Assembly (NCBI GenBank): GCA_964016885.1
Contig: OZ024740.1
Span: 425,072,001-425,136,000, forward strand
DNA from: Eledone cirrhosa
Taxonomy: Eukaryota
DNA: 64,000 nt
Direction: 5' to 3'
Part shown: piece after piece, positions 12,889 to 25,300 of the stretch
Layout of the letters: the number at the start of each line of letters is the position of its first letter
Position numbering within the stretch: position 1 is the first letter of the stretch
The notes under the pieces: model-generated
The model's input: only the letters and a program-made list of their open reading frames with translations
What the model was told of the DNA's origin: nothing
Databases searched by the model: none
Program-made: the position numbers and the translations under genes

Positions 12889-13541
12889 ACCTGTGTGTGT
12901 GATAATTGTTTCTACTTTTGGCAATAGGCCAGCAATTACCCATTGCATTACTGGTACTTTATTTTATCAACCCCTATGATAATGCAACCATATTTTATAG
13001 TTGATATAATAGTTTCGTGGTAAACCAAAACAACAATAATTTTTTAAATCAAAATACGACTCGTAAACAAGAAGCAACTCTTCTCTAGGCCGTTCAATTG
13101 TATTATTTTATGACCAGAAAAATTATTTCTCATAAACAATATATCTAACTCTTCCATGGATAATATCCAAGGATCCACATATTGGGACATTACGCTAGAG
13201 CACTGTGATTACTGTTATTTGCTGCGTTTGTGATGGACAAGAGTGGGAAAATCCCCTCTTATTTTGGAAAGGTGTGATAAGCTGAGAACGTTAATAAAGT
13301 TGACAGCATGTAGGAACCTAAGTCGAAGGTATACTCCAAAGGGTTAAGGTACTGGTAGATGAAGACAGTGTAGGCCGCAGAGCAAGGTTGCTACGGTATT
13401 GTTACTATATTATATGTTCTAGCCAAGAGGCTGAGGTCATACTAGGCTAATCAAATTTCATCATTAATCTTTAAAAATGTTTCAGAGATTAAAGATGAAA
13501 TTTGATTAACCTTGGATTCTCGTTATATATATATATATATA

Positions 13542-14078
13542 CTAGCTGACGTACAGAGCTTTGCCCGGGTAAACAGGTGATAACAGAAGACAGGTAGAAG
13601 AGAAAATGACTGTATTGGATGTTTGTCTGGTTTACAGTACGAGGCGAAACCGTAAAAATAAACAGTAAAAAAAAACAACGAAATATTCCAGATACACCAG
13701 ATTCTTCGTTTTACCATTCGTGCATAGTATATGAAGATTTCTAGGTGTTTCCACTCCTGAACAACCTACATATAACTGTCCATGGGTAAAAAGTGATTAT
13801 CTTGTATTCAATTCTACAACTTTGAAACTCTGAGCCTGAGCTTTATGTACGGTTATAGCAAAACTGGCTCTAACAGAGAACTGAAGTCTTGAGAATTTGA
13901 ACGGCAGCTCGGTAGAGGAAGGGATAAGAGGAATGTTGGGAATAAATACATTTTCTCCTTGATGATTGCCTCCAAGAATAGTGACATCTAGGATAAGTTT
14001 CATCATCCGCCTGACTGTAAAGTGCATAGAAGTAGCGAGTCAACGTTTCTCAAAAGGATAATGGAAGTTCCAATATTT
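13542..14078 (-). mobile_element. Helitron 3' fragment (PIF1-like helicase C-terminus pseudogene and CTAG end)
   Basis: Minus-strand peptides KIGTSIILLRN, VFIPNIPLIPS..FKFSRLQFSVRASFAITVHKAQAQS, FTHGQLYVGCS, GKTKNLVY. Ends ...cagCTAG|t. Confidence 0.9.
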
Positions 14079-14109
14079 TATATATATATATATAAATATA
14101 TATATATAG

Positions 14110-14238
14110 TGAAAAATGGAACGGGAACAAAACAGAGAGGCAGTACAAACAGAGGTTTATTAGTTTCACGCTCTTGGGAGTGTGTGTGTGTGGGGGGGGG
14201 GGGGGCGTTTCGGGCATAAGCCCTTCTTCAGGCGAAAA

Positions 14239-14241
<3 letters not shown>
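14110..14241 (-). mobile_element. 3' end of the Neptune-type Penelope with HHR (cleavage triplet mutated to GCC)
   Basis: Matches 29829-29955. Minus strand CTGAAGAAGGGCTTATGCCCGAAACGCC. (TA)n on both sides. Confidence 0.85.
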
Positions 14242-14296
<55 letters not shown>

Positions 14297-14310
14297 GGGG
14301 GGGGGTTATA

Positions 14311-14460
14311 ACGAGTCGGGACCCCATGGGTGAGCTTTTGCCGTTTCAACAGCTACTCCCAGACTGATTGCCGAAGGGCTTGGCGGTTAACTGACTGACG
14401 CGTCCCAACTCATTATAATATAATTATACTCTACTACCCCAAGTATAGAGTACTCTGTCT
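14311..14460. mobile_element. degenerate family D copy
   Basis: gacccc..gagct..gccgtttcaacagcta and actctactaccccaagtatagagtactctg motifs. Confidence 0.5.
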
Positions 14461-14554
14461 TTATGTATATACACATGTACATTCACTCACACAAACGCAC
14501 ACATACACACATATACACACATACATGCATACCTACATACATACATACATACAT

Positions 14555-15160
14555 GGTGGCTGCCAACTTGTTTTCGAGTACGGCCACTACTTTATATCCA
14601 TGTAGGAGAACCCCTACTGATGCGCTGAACAAGTGTGACTTTTTAGTCCAGCCAGCGACTTGAAAACTCTGGTACAAACACTACACTTGTGACAATTACT
14701 GACACATAGTGCTGGGCCCATGGTACCAGGTGATGACAAGTGCAGAGAGATCTCCAGATATAAAGCAATGCCTGTGCGAAGCTTTTATAGTGAGCAAAGG
14801 CACTGCAAAAAGCCAGTCCCACTCTCTTAACCAAGATGATATTTACCAAAAAAGAAGAACAAGTCAACATCATTAGATACCATCAGGGCTGAAGGTGTTA
14901 TATCAGAGTTTTCCTTCTCCTAGAATTCTGCCTTGACAAAGGCTAAGGGGTCATCTCTAAGGGGTCATCTCATATTTTGGATGGCCATTGACTCTTAAGA
15001 GCTCCTTTGCTCTTTGACAGGTTTTGTTTTTAGTCCTGCAGGATGTCCAAAGTCACCCTTCTCACCAAGAAACCTTCGTGGGGTTGCCAGTTTAGTTGCC
15101 AACGACCCGACCATGAGACAGGTTGTACTGGGATACATGTTACCAGTAGCACCAACTGGA
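14555..15160. mobile_element. about 600-bp non-coding repeat unit embedded in (CATA)n, copy 1
   Basis: Highly similar to 16221-16830. The minus strand contains ctaggagaaggaaaactctga, resembling RTE-type 5' UTRs. Confidence 0.8.
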
Positions 15161-15195
15161 TACATACATACATACATACAAACAAACGTACACAC

Positions 15196-16101
15196 GCTTT
15201 TGCAATCCAAGAACAGGAAATCAACACGAAATACCTGATTCACAAAAGAGATAGGGATGCAGGCAAAACACCTAGATGTGATAACAAGTGCAGGCTCTGC
15301 AGAATTAACATCGAAGATGTCATCCGTGTCATAAGCAGTTGTCCAAAGATATCATCACGGTACTATCTACCTATGGGGCATGATGTAGTGGCCAAAACAC
15401 TATACGATGCAATCCGTAAAAAAGATAGCCCCGATAATAAACACATTAAATGCTACAGCAATGTGGAAGACACACATATACATAATATGAAAGAGTACTG
15501 GTGGAATGTTCCAGTAAAAACCCCAATAAAATACAAGCATAACAGACCAGATATTATATGAGACAGGGAAAAGAAGGCATGGACACTAGTGGAAATTAGT
15601 TGCCCAGCTGATGCCAATATAATATCAAAGATGAGCGAAAATGAGAATATTTATGCAGAACTGATGAGAAATCTGCAGATACTCCACCTTGACTATACCT
15701 TAAGATTTATACCTGTGATTATTGGGGCACTGGGGTATGTTAGTAACTGCCTCAATACAAATCTTGAGAAGCTGGGCTTCACAGGAACAGAAAGAACACA
15801 ACTAGTTAGGAAATTACAAGTACAATCCATTAATGGAACAGTAAGAATATGTAAAACATTCAAAATATTTTGCATCTAATACTGCATATACACATGTACA
15901 GATACAAAGCATTTACACATGCACACATACAACTCAAAACATCCACATCCACACATACAATAACATCCATATCTACACATGCAGACATGCATACATATAT
16001 ACCTAGTTGATGTGTAAATTCCAATGAGAGTCTTGTGTCTATGTTAGAAATCGACTCTCTTTCTATTGGGAAAAATTTGTGAAATTATAAAATCAGTAGA
16101 A
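15196..16101 (+). mobile_element. 5'-truncated R4/Dong-like non-LTR retrotransposon (CCHC and restriction-like endonuclease), pseudogenised
   Basis: AIQEQEINTKY, CRLC...SSCP, HDVVAK, HNRPDII*, EISCP, IPVIIGALG. In-frame stop at 15559. The 3' UTR runs into (CATA)n. Confidence 0.88.
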
Positions 16102-16220
16102 CATACATACATACATACATACATACATACATACATACATACATACATACATACATACATACATACATTCATACATACATACATTCATACATACATACAT
16201 ACATACACACATTCATTCAT

Positions 16221-16830
16221 GGTGGCTGCCAACTCGTTTTCGAGTACGGCCACTACTTTATATCCATGTAGGAGAACTCCTACCGATGCGCTGAAGAATT
16301 GTGACTTTTTAGTCCAGCCAACGACTTGAAAACTCTGGTACAAACACTACACTTGTGACAATTATTGACACATAGTGCTGGGCCCATGGTACCATGTGAC
16401 GACAAGTGCAGAGAGATCTCCAGATATAAAGCAATGCCTGTGCCGTGAAGCTTTTATAGTGAGCAAAGGCACTGCACAAAGCCAGTCCCACTCTCTTAAC
16501 CAAGATGATATTTACCAAAAAGAAGAACAAGTCAACATCATTGGATACCATCAGGGTTGCAGGTGTTATATCAGAGTTTTCTTTCTCCTAGAATTCTGCC
16601 TTGACAAAGGCTAAGGGGTCATCTCTCCCGGATATTTTGGATGGCCATTGACTCTTAAGAGCTCTTTTGCCCTTTGACAGGTTTTGTTTTTAGTCCTGCA
16701 GGATGTCGAAAGTCACCCTCCTCACCAAGAAACCATCGTGGGGTTGTCAGTTTAGTCGCCAACGACCCGACCATGAGACAGGTTGTACTGGGATACATGT
16801 TACCAGTAGCACCAAGTGGTGACCTGACAT
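16221..16830. mobile_element. about 600-bp repeat unit in (CATA)n, copy 2
   Basis: Direct repeat of 14555-15160. Confidence 0.8.
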
Positions 16831-17190
16831 AACATTCATACATACATACATACATACATACATACATACATTCATACATACATACATACATACATACATA
16901 CATACATACATACATACATGCATTCATACATACATACATACATACATACATACATTCATACATACATACATACATACATACATACATACATACATACATA
17001 CATACATACATACATACATACATCAGAGTTTGTAAGATGTTGGCAAATATAAGGAAATAGAACACATATTTGTGCAAAGAGCTATACAGATATGGAAATG
17101 GTTGAATTGTAATGGATGGAAGTGAGGGGGTGAGGAGGAGAGTTGTTGATTAGAGGGGGGGGGGGGGTTGGTGGGAGATGTAAAAATATA

Positions 17191-17280
17191 GAAGAAGAAG
17201 AAGAAGAAGAAGAAGAAGAAGAAGAACAACAACAACAACAACAACAATAACAACAACGACAACAACAACAACAACAACAA
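17191..17280. repeat. (GAA)n(CAA)n microsatellite
   Basis: Directly visible. Confidence 0.95.
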
Positions 17281-17845
17281 GAGGTATATCATCATGACTA
17301 TAACACATATAAAAATCAGAAAAATGTTAGCTGAAACCAGCGAAAAGAAACGAAATAAGATTAAATAAAGAAAGAGGTGAAATTGTGAAATAAAAGAAAA
17401 ATAAAGACGATGTAACAATATGAGAGATGATGCCGTGAAAGGAAGATGGAGGTTAGGGTTAGGATTTCGAACAACACTAAGCTTTAGGGAGAGTTGCTAA
17501 GGTTGTCGTTTCATGGCAATAAAAAGCTTACGGCTCGCTTAGTTGACGCAACGGATCACGGCCCTGTCCCGAATAGAAGACTCTGGTCAAAGGTTAGACA
17601 AGCTAGCCAACGGCTATTATGCTTGATCTAAACTATTTTAAAGTTTCTGCACTGTGGGGTAGACCACATTAAACTGTCGAAACAAACCCCACTAAGTGCA
17701 ACGTGAAATAGTTAACAGACGTCAAAAGAGATCGGTTTTAGAATTGTCTTCTTGTAAATAATATTGGATAACTTGTGACCTTTTGATGCGTTTTATTGCC
17801 CAAAACAGAATAATGTGTGTACGGGAGTTTGTATGCGTGTGTGTA

Positions 17846-17933
<88 letters not shown>

Positions 17934-18031
17934 TGTGTGTGTGTGTGACTCTGTGTGGGTGTAAGTGTACTGAATCTTTCTCTCGATATAGTTAGTATGA
18001 ATGGATATAAATACACACACAGCCATTAATA

Positions 18032-18104
<73 letters not shown>

Positions 18105-18156
18105 TTGCATATACACTCACACAAACACACGCATATATATATATAAACGTAGATGT

Positions 18157-18191
<35 letters not shown>

Positions 18192-18293
18192 GTAATAATA
18201 ATAAATTTGAAGACTAAAATCCAAAGAGGGCTCGATAAGGATAAATATATATCAAATATATAAGAACCGTAGAGCAAATATTTATTAAAATAG

Positions 18294-18367
18294 CAGATTA
18301 AAGTTTAAGCAAAGAATCGCTGCTTTCACCCTTAACGGGATCTTCTGAAACTAACAAAGTCAATCTG
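18294..18367 (-). ncRNA. type I hammerhead-like motif, CAGAAGA core, all stems intact (family A)
   Basis: Minus strand: CAGATTGActttgttAGTTT CAGAAGA T CCC gttaa GGG T GAAA GCA gcgattctt TGC TT AAACT TTAATCTG. Confidence 0.7.
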
Positions 18368-20028
18368 TCAACGCAGAAGTGAATATTTCAAAAAACGTTG
18401 CAACCGGAGGAAGACAGGAAGACGATACTTTGGTTCCTGGAAACATTCCCTGGCAAAGAACGGGAAAAAACGAATATGATACGTCATTATTTGGAGCGGT
18501 GAAAAACAATTACACGCAAAGACAAAAGCACGTTTATGGTATAAAAGAAGTCGTAGACTAATATTCTATTAGGTGGTTCATAGAGACGTTCTCTGGCAAT
18601 GAACGGAAAAAACGAAGATAATACGTCATATGTGGAGCGTGGAGAACAATTGCACGCAAAGACAAAACCACGTAAATGGTATAACTGAAGTCGTAGACTA
18701 AAATTCTAACTAGGAAACCGAATGATTCTCGGCTTCAGAGTTAAGAATAAAGTAAATAAAATACAGAGGTAATTGAAATTAAATAAATACATACACGCAT
18801 CCATATACGTACATACACAAGCATACACGAAAACACTCCCCATAGGTATACAAATACACGCACATATAAATATGTGTTTGTGTGTGCGTGTATACAAATA
18901 ATTAAATAAACGTATATAAATAAATAAATACGTATATAACAAGCGCACACACATACCTACATGTAAATACACATATGTTCGGATACGACGTCAACCAAAA
19001 CACGAAGTACACATATACACACACCCTACATACGTACGAACCCGCATACTCACACAGACGCAATACTCACGTATACACATAACCAAAAGCATATGTACCA
19101 GAATATATAAAATATACGCCATAACATATACAATCAAATATACGTATGAGAAAGTATACATACCTACGTAGCTAAGTATATGTTAAGTTTATACCATTAC
19201 TTATTTGCATAGGTAAGTATATATTACCCGTATGTTTTGTGAAGGTACATATACTTTCTCGTACGTATATTTGATTGTATATGTTATGGCGTATATTTAT
19301 ATATATTCTTGTACATATGCTTTTGGTTATGTGTATACGGGAGTTTTGCGTCTGTGTGAGTATTTTGGTTCGTACGTATGTAGGGTGGGTGTATATGTGT
19401 ACTTCGTGTTTTGGTTGACGATGTATCCGAACATATGTGTATTTACATGTAGGTATGTGTGTGCGCTTGTTATATACGTATTTATTTATTTATATACGTT
19501 TATTCAATTATTTGTATACACGCACACACACACATATTTATATGTGCGTGTATTTGTATACCTATAGCGAGTGTTTTCGCGTATGCTTGTGTATGTACGT
19601 ATATGGATGCGTGTATGTATTTAATTTCAATTACCTCTGTATTTTATTTACTTTATTCTTAACTCTGAAGCCGAGAATCATTCGGTTTCCTAGTTAGAAT
19701 TTTAGTCTACGACTTCAGCTTTACCATTTACGTGGTTTTGTCTTTGCGTACAATTGTTCCCCACGTTCCACATATGACGTATTATCTTCGTTTTTTCCGT
19801 TCGTTGCCAGAGAACGTCTCTATGAACCACCTAAGAGAACATTAGTCTACGACTTCTTTTATACCATAAACGTGGTTTTGTCTTTGCGTGCAATTGTTCT
19901 CCAAATAATGACGTATTATATTCGTTTTTTCCCGTTCTTTGCCAGGGAATGTTTCCAGGAACCAAAGTATCGTCTTCCTGTCTTCGTCCGGTTGCAACGT
20001 TTTTTCAAATATTTACTTTTGCGTTCAA

Positions 20029-20099
20029 AGATTGACTTTGTTAGTTTCAGAAGATCCCGTTAAGTGTGAAAGCACGATTCTTTGCTTAAACTTTAATCT
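20029..20099 (+). ncRNA. family A hammerhead-like motif (CAGAAGA)
   Basis: Same fold, with one stem II mismatch. Confidence 0.6.
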
Positions 20100-20108
20100 G
20101 TTATTTTA

Positions 20109-20234
<126 letters not shown>

Positions 20235-20570
20235 GTGTGTGTGTGCCTGTGTGTGTAGGAAAACATTAGATGTATGAATGTGTACAAAAGGAAGATATAT
20301 GTATATGTCATTGTGTTTAAGTATATAACGGTTATACATGTGTGTAGCCGTATTACAATGGCGTGTGTCAGCGAGTATATTGGTGAAATAGCTGACTAGG
20401 CTCGTTATTATTCCAACATCTCAACCGTATTAAAGTTCATGTGTTCAGAAGAGCTACAAACCGATTGTTGTGTCTTTGGGGGCAATGACGGCCCGCTTGA
20501 GGTGGGTCCCCGTGAGGTCGGGTGGTTGTGGTAGCGGGTGGATCTGGCAATTCCCCGCAGTACTTGCTAA

Positions 20571-21057
20571 TCTGTCCGCGAAAAATAGCTGAGGTACCAC
20601 TCAGACTGGGGTGTAGTGTCTGTCCGCGAAGAATAGCTGAGGTACCACTCTGACTGGGGTGTAGTGTCTGTCCGCGAAAAATAGCTGAAGTACCACTCTG
20701 ACTGGAGTGTAGTGTCTGTCCGCGAAGAATAGCTGAAGTACCACTCAGACTGGGGTGTAGTGTCTGTCCGCGAAGAATAGCTGAGGTACCACTCAGACTG
20801 GGGTGTAGTGTCTGTCCGCGAAGAATAGCTGAGGTACCACTCTGACTGGGGTGTAGTGTCTGTCCGCGAAGAATAGCTGAGGTACCACTCAGACTGGGGT
20901 GTAGTGTCTGTCCGCGAAGAATAGCTGAGGTACCACTCAGACTGGGGTGTAGTGTCTGTCCGCGAAGAATAGCTGAGGTACCACTCAGACTGGGGTGTAG
21001 TGTCTGTCCGCGAAAAATAGCTGAGGTACCACTCTGACTGGGGTGTAGTGTCTGTCC
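20571..21057. repeat. 48-bp tandem repeat, 10 full copies plus a partial copy
   Basis: Unit tctgtccgcgaagaatagctgaggtaccactcagactggggtgtagtg. Confidence 0.97.
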
Positions 21058-22195
21058 CTCCCCTTCTCCCTTTCTTTCACTGCTAGCCTTTTTTTTCTTT
21101 TTCTTTTCATTTCCTCTTCTTTTTTGTTTCCTTTAATAGTATGTTTTGTTTTTATTATATACTGCTTAATTATTTTTATGTAATTATATAACAGAAATGA
21201 AACTTACACTTTACACCCCCCCCCCCCACACACACACCTTAACTCTATCCCAGAGCACCTGTCAGGAATGTTTCACCAGATGTGACACCAGTAATTCAAA
21301 GTGTTCGAATCACACGTATATAGATAGGAATGGATTCCCGGAACAGGGTAAACGGTAAGACTGCTTCCAGGATTTATGTTCAGGGATCAATGAAATGTTT
21401 ACCAAGGTTGATCGAAGTGAATTGTACAGCTGGGGTTTCCGGTACACACATTAACCATTTCAGTTCTTCAACTTCCAACAGCCCAACCAGAATACTAGAC
21501 CAGCCTTATTTTATAGTATAGTATGGATTAATCTATATGTGTTCTATGTAAACTTGAAATTGAGAAGTAATCTTACGGTGCCCCCATCTCCTCCTTTTCC
21601 CCAGACACACTCGTCTAAGTTATTGGATACATCGGAAGAAGAGTGTTCAGTGGCCTTTACATAGCATTACTCTGCGACGAATAACGTTGGGTGAATCCCT
21701 TTTAAGCAAGCTTCATTATCTAAATGCAGCGTCGGTATTAAGCCAAACCTTCGGTTGGCTGATATCATTGGGGTTACCTCCCTTGCTGACTGGTTTAACA
21801 TTTTTAAACACAAAAAGAAATAATTTTTCGCTACTAATTGTATAGATAATTTCAGTTAATACAACTCTATAGGTTCATGAAAACCAACACGGGAGAATCT
21901 ACGCGGTCATCGGTATGCCAGAAATAGTAACGAAAATCGCATTAAAATCTTTATAGATTGGCCTGCAAGGAAAATGCTGACTTGGGGCGGGTTAGACAAC
22001 AACAACAACAAAATAGAGACGAATCGACAAAAGATTATTTAGGCAACCGCTCGACCTGCAAGACTTCAAAACACATCTCTTGCAACAGTCTGATGTAAAA
22101 TGTTTGTTAATTTATGTTTAACATATGAACTGAGACGATGGAGAATAGTGTGATAAGACTGGCAGCTGATTCGAACTATTGATCTATAATTAAGT

Positions 22196-22483
22196 AGCAG
22201 CTAATTGGCAGAGTCATTATGGTATAGAATAGAGGCCTGGGTTCAAATACCGCCAGGGTCAACTATACTTTTCATTATTTTTGGCAGTAAAGAGAGGTGG
22301 ATGAGCAGTATCGATAGACGGTTGGACGCCATGTTTTCCAGCATAGAGTTATGTCCCTTTACGGTCTGAGTTCAAATCCCGCCAAGGTTAACTTTGCCTT
22401 TCATCCTTACGGGGTCGATAAAATAAAGTACCAGCAATACACTGGTATAATTGCTGGCCTTGTGCTAAAAGTAGAAACAATTA
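22196..22483 (+). mobile_element. SINE head fragment plus a full Meta-like SINE
   Basis: gagttcaaatccc B-box. ctttgcctttcatccttacggggtcgataaaataaagtaccag. Confidence 0.8.
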
Positions 22484-22894
22484 TTTGGAGTATATATATG
22501 TCGGTGAATTGGCAGAATATGGCAGATTAATGGACAAAATGTTGGTCTGTTGCACCAAAACTGAAGTGCACATGTGTTAGCAACAGTAGACCCCATGGTG
22601 ACACTACTACCCCATGAGGGAGCACATAACAGGAAAACATCCATCGAATGAAATATTACTCTCATAAAACAAAAAAAATATTTTGGATAATGTAGTGCTG
22701 GTATGATATGAACCCGTAACTTCTGAGGGTGGCATTGCTGTACCATATTGGCATACGGCAGTTCTTGGAGCATTTTTAAACCTGGCACAGCCAATCCTCT
22801 CACTAGGCCTGAATATAGCAGATTTCTTCTAGAGTAGGATAGAGATTGAGTGAAATGAAGTGAGACAGAGATATATAAGAAGAATCGATCTCAT

Positions 22895-23045
22895 TACTAG
22901 ACTGGTACTTTTCTTATCAACCTTGAATAGATGAAAGGCAAAGTTGACCTTGGCGGAATTTGACCTGAGAGAGCAGAGAGCCGGAACAAGTACTATAAAG
23001 TATTCTATCTAACGTTCTAAGGACTCTGCCAATTCACCGCCTTAA
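22895..23045 (-). mobile_element. Meta-like SINE, diverged
   Basis: actggtact..gatgaaaggcaaagttgaccttggcggaatttga..ctgccaattcaccgcc. Confidence 0.7.
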
Positions 23046-24629
23046 TGAAGAGCTAAATACCACTGAGTAAGACCTGCCAGAGTTTTGTGGCAGGGATACC
23101 TACGACATGACATCAGCCCTATCAATAACTGATGGGTGAACACAATTTGGGTCCAGGTGACAAATTTGTAGAAAAGATTTGGTAAAGTTTATTGAATCGA
23201 CTCCACCACATGTATGCTACTAAATTTATTCATGGGGGATCGTTTAGTGATTTTCTAAGCCTGTTAGAAATAGCAGCCAAATCTCCCCCATATTACATCT
23301 ACAGTCTTGAAAATGTCCTAGATAGGAAAAATCTGAATGAAGAACGAAATGATCATGTCTGGAACATCCCGACGATAGTCTTGTTCAGTTGGGGCTGACG
23401 AGGTTTTTAAATAACAAGAATAACTATAATGTGTTCGGAGATTTAAAAAGCGCAATCAACCACAGCAGATATTCTAAGTTATAAAGATGTTTCTAAAATA
23501 TTGCAAGGCGTTTTGCCTGGAATTCTACTACTATTTCTTCCACTGTACAGACTGACTGTTTTCACAGCGGTGATTTATAACAGAGGCACAACTCCATATA
23601 ATTGGGTGAAGGAACAAAACTTCACACCCACTGGTACTTATTTTAATGTAAGATCTACTGGTTGATATTTTAATCAACTCTCGAAAGAATGAAAGACAGA
23701 ATCAACTTCAAACGAGGTTTAAATTCAGGATGTAAAGATACACAACCAAATATCTAAAGATATCTTCCCAGCACATTATCGATTTTAGCAATTTACCGCA
23801 CTTAAAAATAATAGTAATAAGGATTTCTCACAATTTTATAAGGTTTATTACTTCCAGGGTAAGAAAGGCAATTCAATCTTTACAAAATTTGAACACAGTG
23901 CACGAAAGTGTCACATCTCAATATGTAAATGTAAAGGAATTTCATTAGAGTTAGTGCTAAAGTTAATAAAAAAAGGGAATACACTTAATCATGAAAATGC
24001 AATTAGAAATATTAAGTTCGTGTAGAAGATATGTCTTAGATAATTAACATCTGCTTGAAAATGTCATATGTCAAATTTTATATCAGACAATTTTGTTATG
24101 AAAATAATATTAAAACACTGAAAAGAAAGATGATCAAACGTGGAATCAGTTTTCTTTTTTTTTATAACAAAAATTGAGAAGAATTTATTTTCATTATGTT
24201 CTACTTTTGTTAATTTCATCGAATTAATTTTAAAACAAACCAAAATAGCCATAAAGCGATACAACATATCGCAAATTGTTGTTGAATTGACTTTGATTCT
24301 ATGATTTTAAAAGGAAAATTGCAGTTTTATTGCTAAGAAACATTGATAAAATGAGTGTCAGCTGCACTGTTTAGCCTCATTTAATTCTCTTGTAATTTAG
24401 CACAAATCTTGTTATAACTGAAATGATATATTTGAATTTTCTTGCTTATAAATTTATTTGTATTTGGTGAAATCTTGCCTCTTCAAACCACAAAGAAAGT
24501 TGCATGCACAAATTATTTGTTATTTGAACATTCAGAGTTGAAATTAATAGTCCCCTTATGTTCTTGACTGTCTATTAACAAAAGTCTGTCTCGAGCCCGG
24601 GGGCGCATCAAGCAAGTGCTTATTCTGGT

Positions 24630-24730
24630 TTCTCTGTCTTGCTCAAGAACACAACACACAACCCAGTCTAGGAATCGAACCCATGACGTAATGATCTTGT
24701 GTCCAGCACCCTTACCACCAGGCCACGCTC
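24630..24730 (-). mobile_element. CORE-like SINE head
   Basis: gtcttgctcaagaacacaa..ggaatcgaaccc..aggccacgc (A and B boxes on the minus strand). Confidence 0.7.
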
Positions 24731-24977
24731 CTCCTGGCTATTTATGTAAAGAAAACCAAAATCTCTCGTATAGAATCCACTCTTCCTTTTACACCCTGTC
24801 ACTGATAACAATGACTTCTAGTTATTCCAGATATAAATTTCTCACTTTCTGGTTCCTTCAAACTTTTCTAAAGAATCTATCACTCTTGCTGTCTGCATTG
24901 AACGAATCTATCTAACCTCTCCGGCTTTGAAGTCACGGTTATGGAACTACTGTTGTTTTCACATATCTCTATCTGCA

Positions 24978-25300
24978 GTGAAGGTGCGTAGCTTTGTTGT
25001 TAGGGTATTAGGCTCACAATCGTAAGGTCGTGAGTTCGATTCCTGGAGGCCCATTGTGTCCTTGAGCAAGACACTTTATGTCACGTTGCTCCAGTCTATT
25101 CAGTTGGCAAAAATGAGTTTACCTGTAATTCGAAGAGCCAGTCTTGTCACATTCTGTGTCACACTGAATCTCCCTAAGAACTACGTTAAGGGTATACGTG
25201 TTTGTGGAATGCTTAACCAGTTGCACATTAATTTCACAAGCAGGCTGTTCCGTTGATCGGATCAACTGGAACACTCGTCGTCGTAACCGACGGAGTGGCA
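24978..25300 (+). mobile_element. tRNA-derived CORE-like SINE
   Basis: gagttcgattcc B-box followed by ttgtgtccttgagcaagacacttta. Related copy at 54412. Confidence 0.8.

Noticed and set aside
16288-16345. CTGAAGA..GAAA in the 600-bp unit
   Set aside because: The sister copy has CTGAACA, and stems I and III are out of register.
16740-16830. HDV-like or twister ribozyme at retroelement ends (also 48990-49105, 17520-17620, 60958-61010)
   Set aside because: Could not assemble P1/P3/P1.1 or the twister consensus by eye. Only isolated CTAA plus P2-like matches were found.
20571-21057. CRISPR-like array
   Set aside because: Units are contiguous with no unique spacers, the context is eukaryotic, and there are no cas genes.
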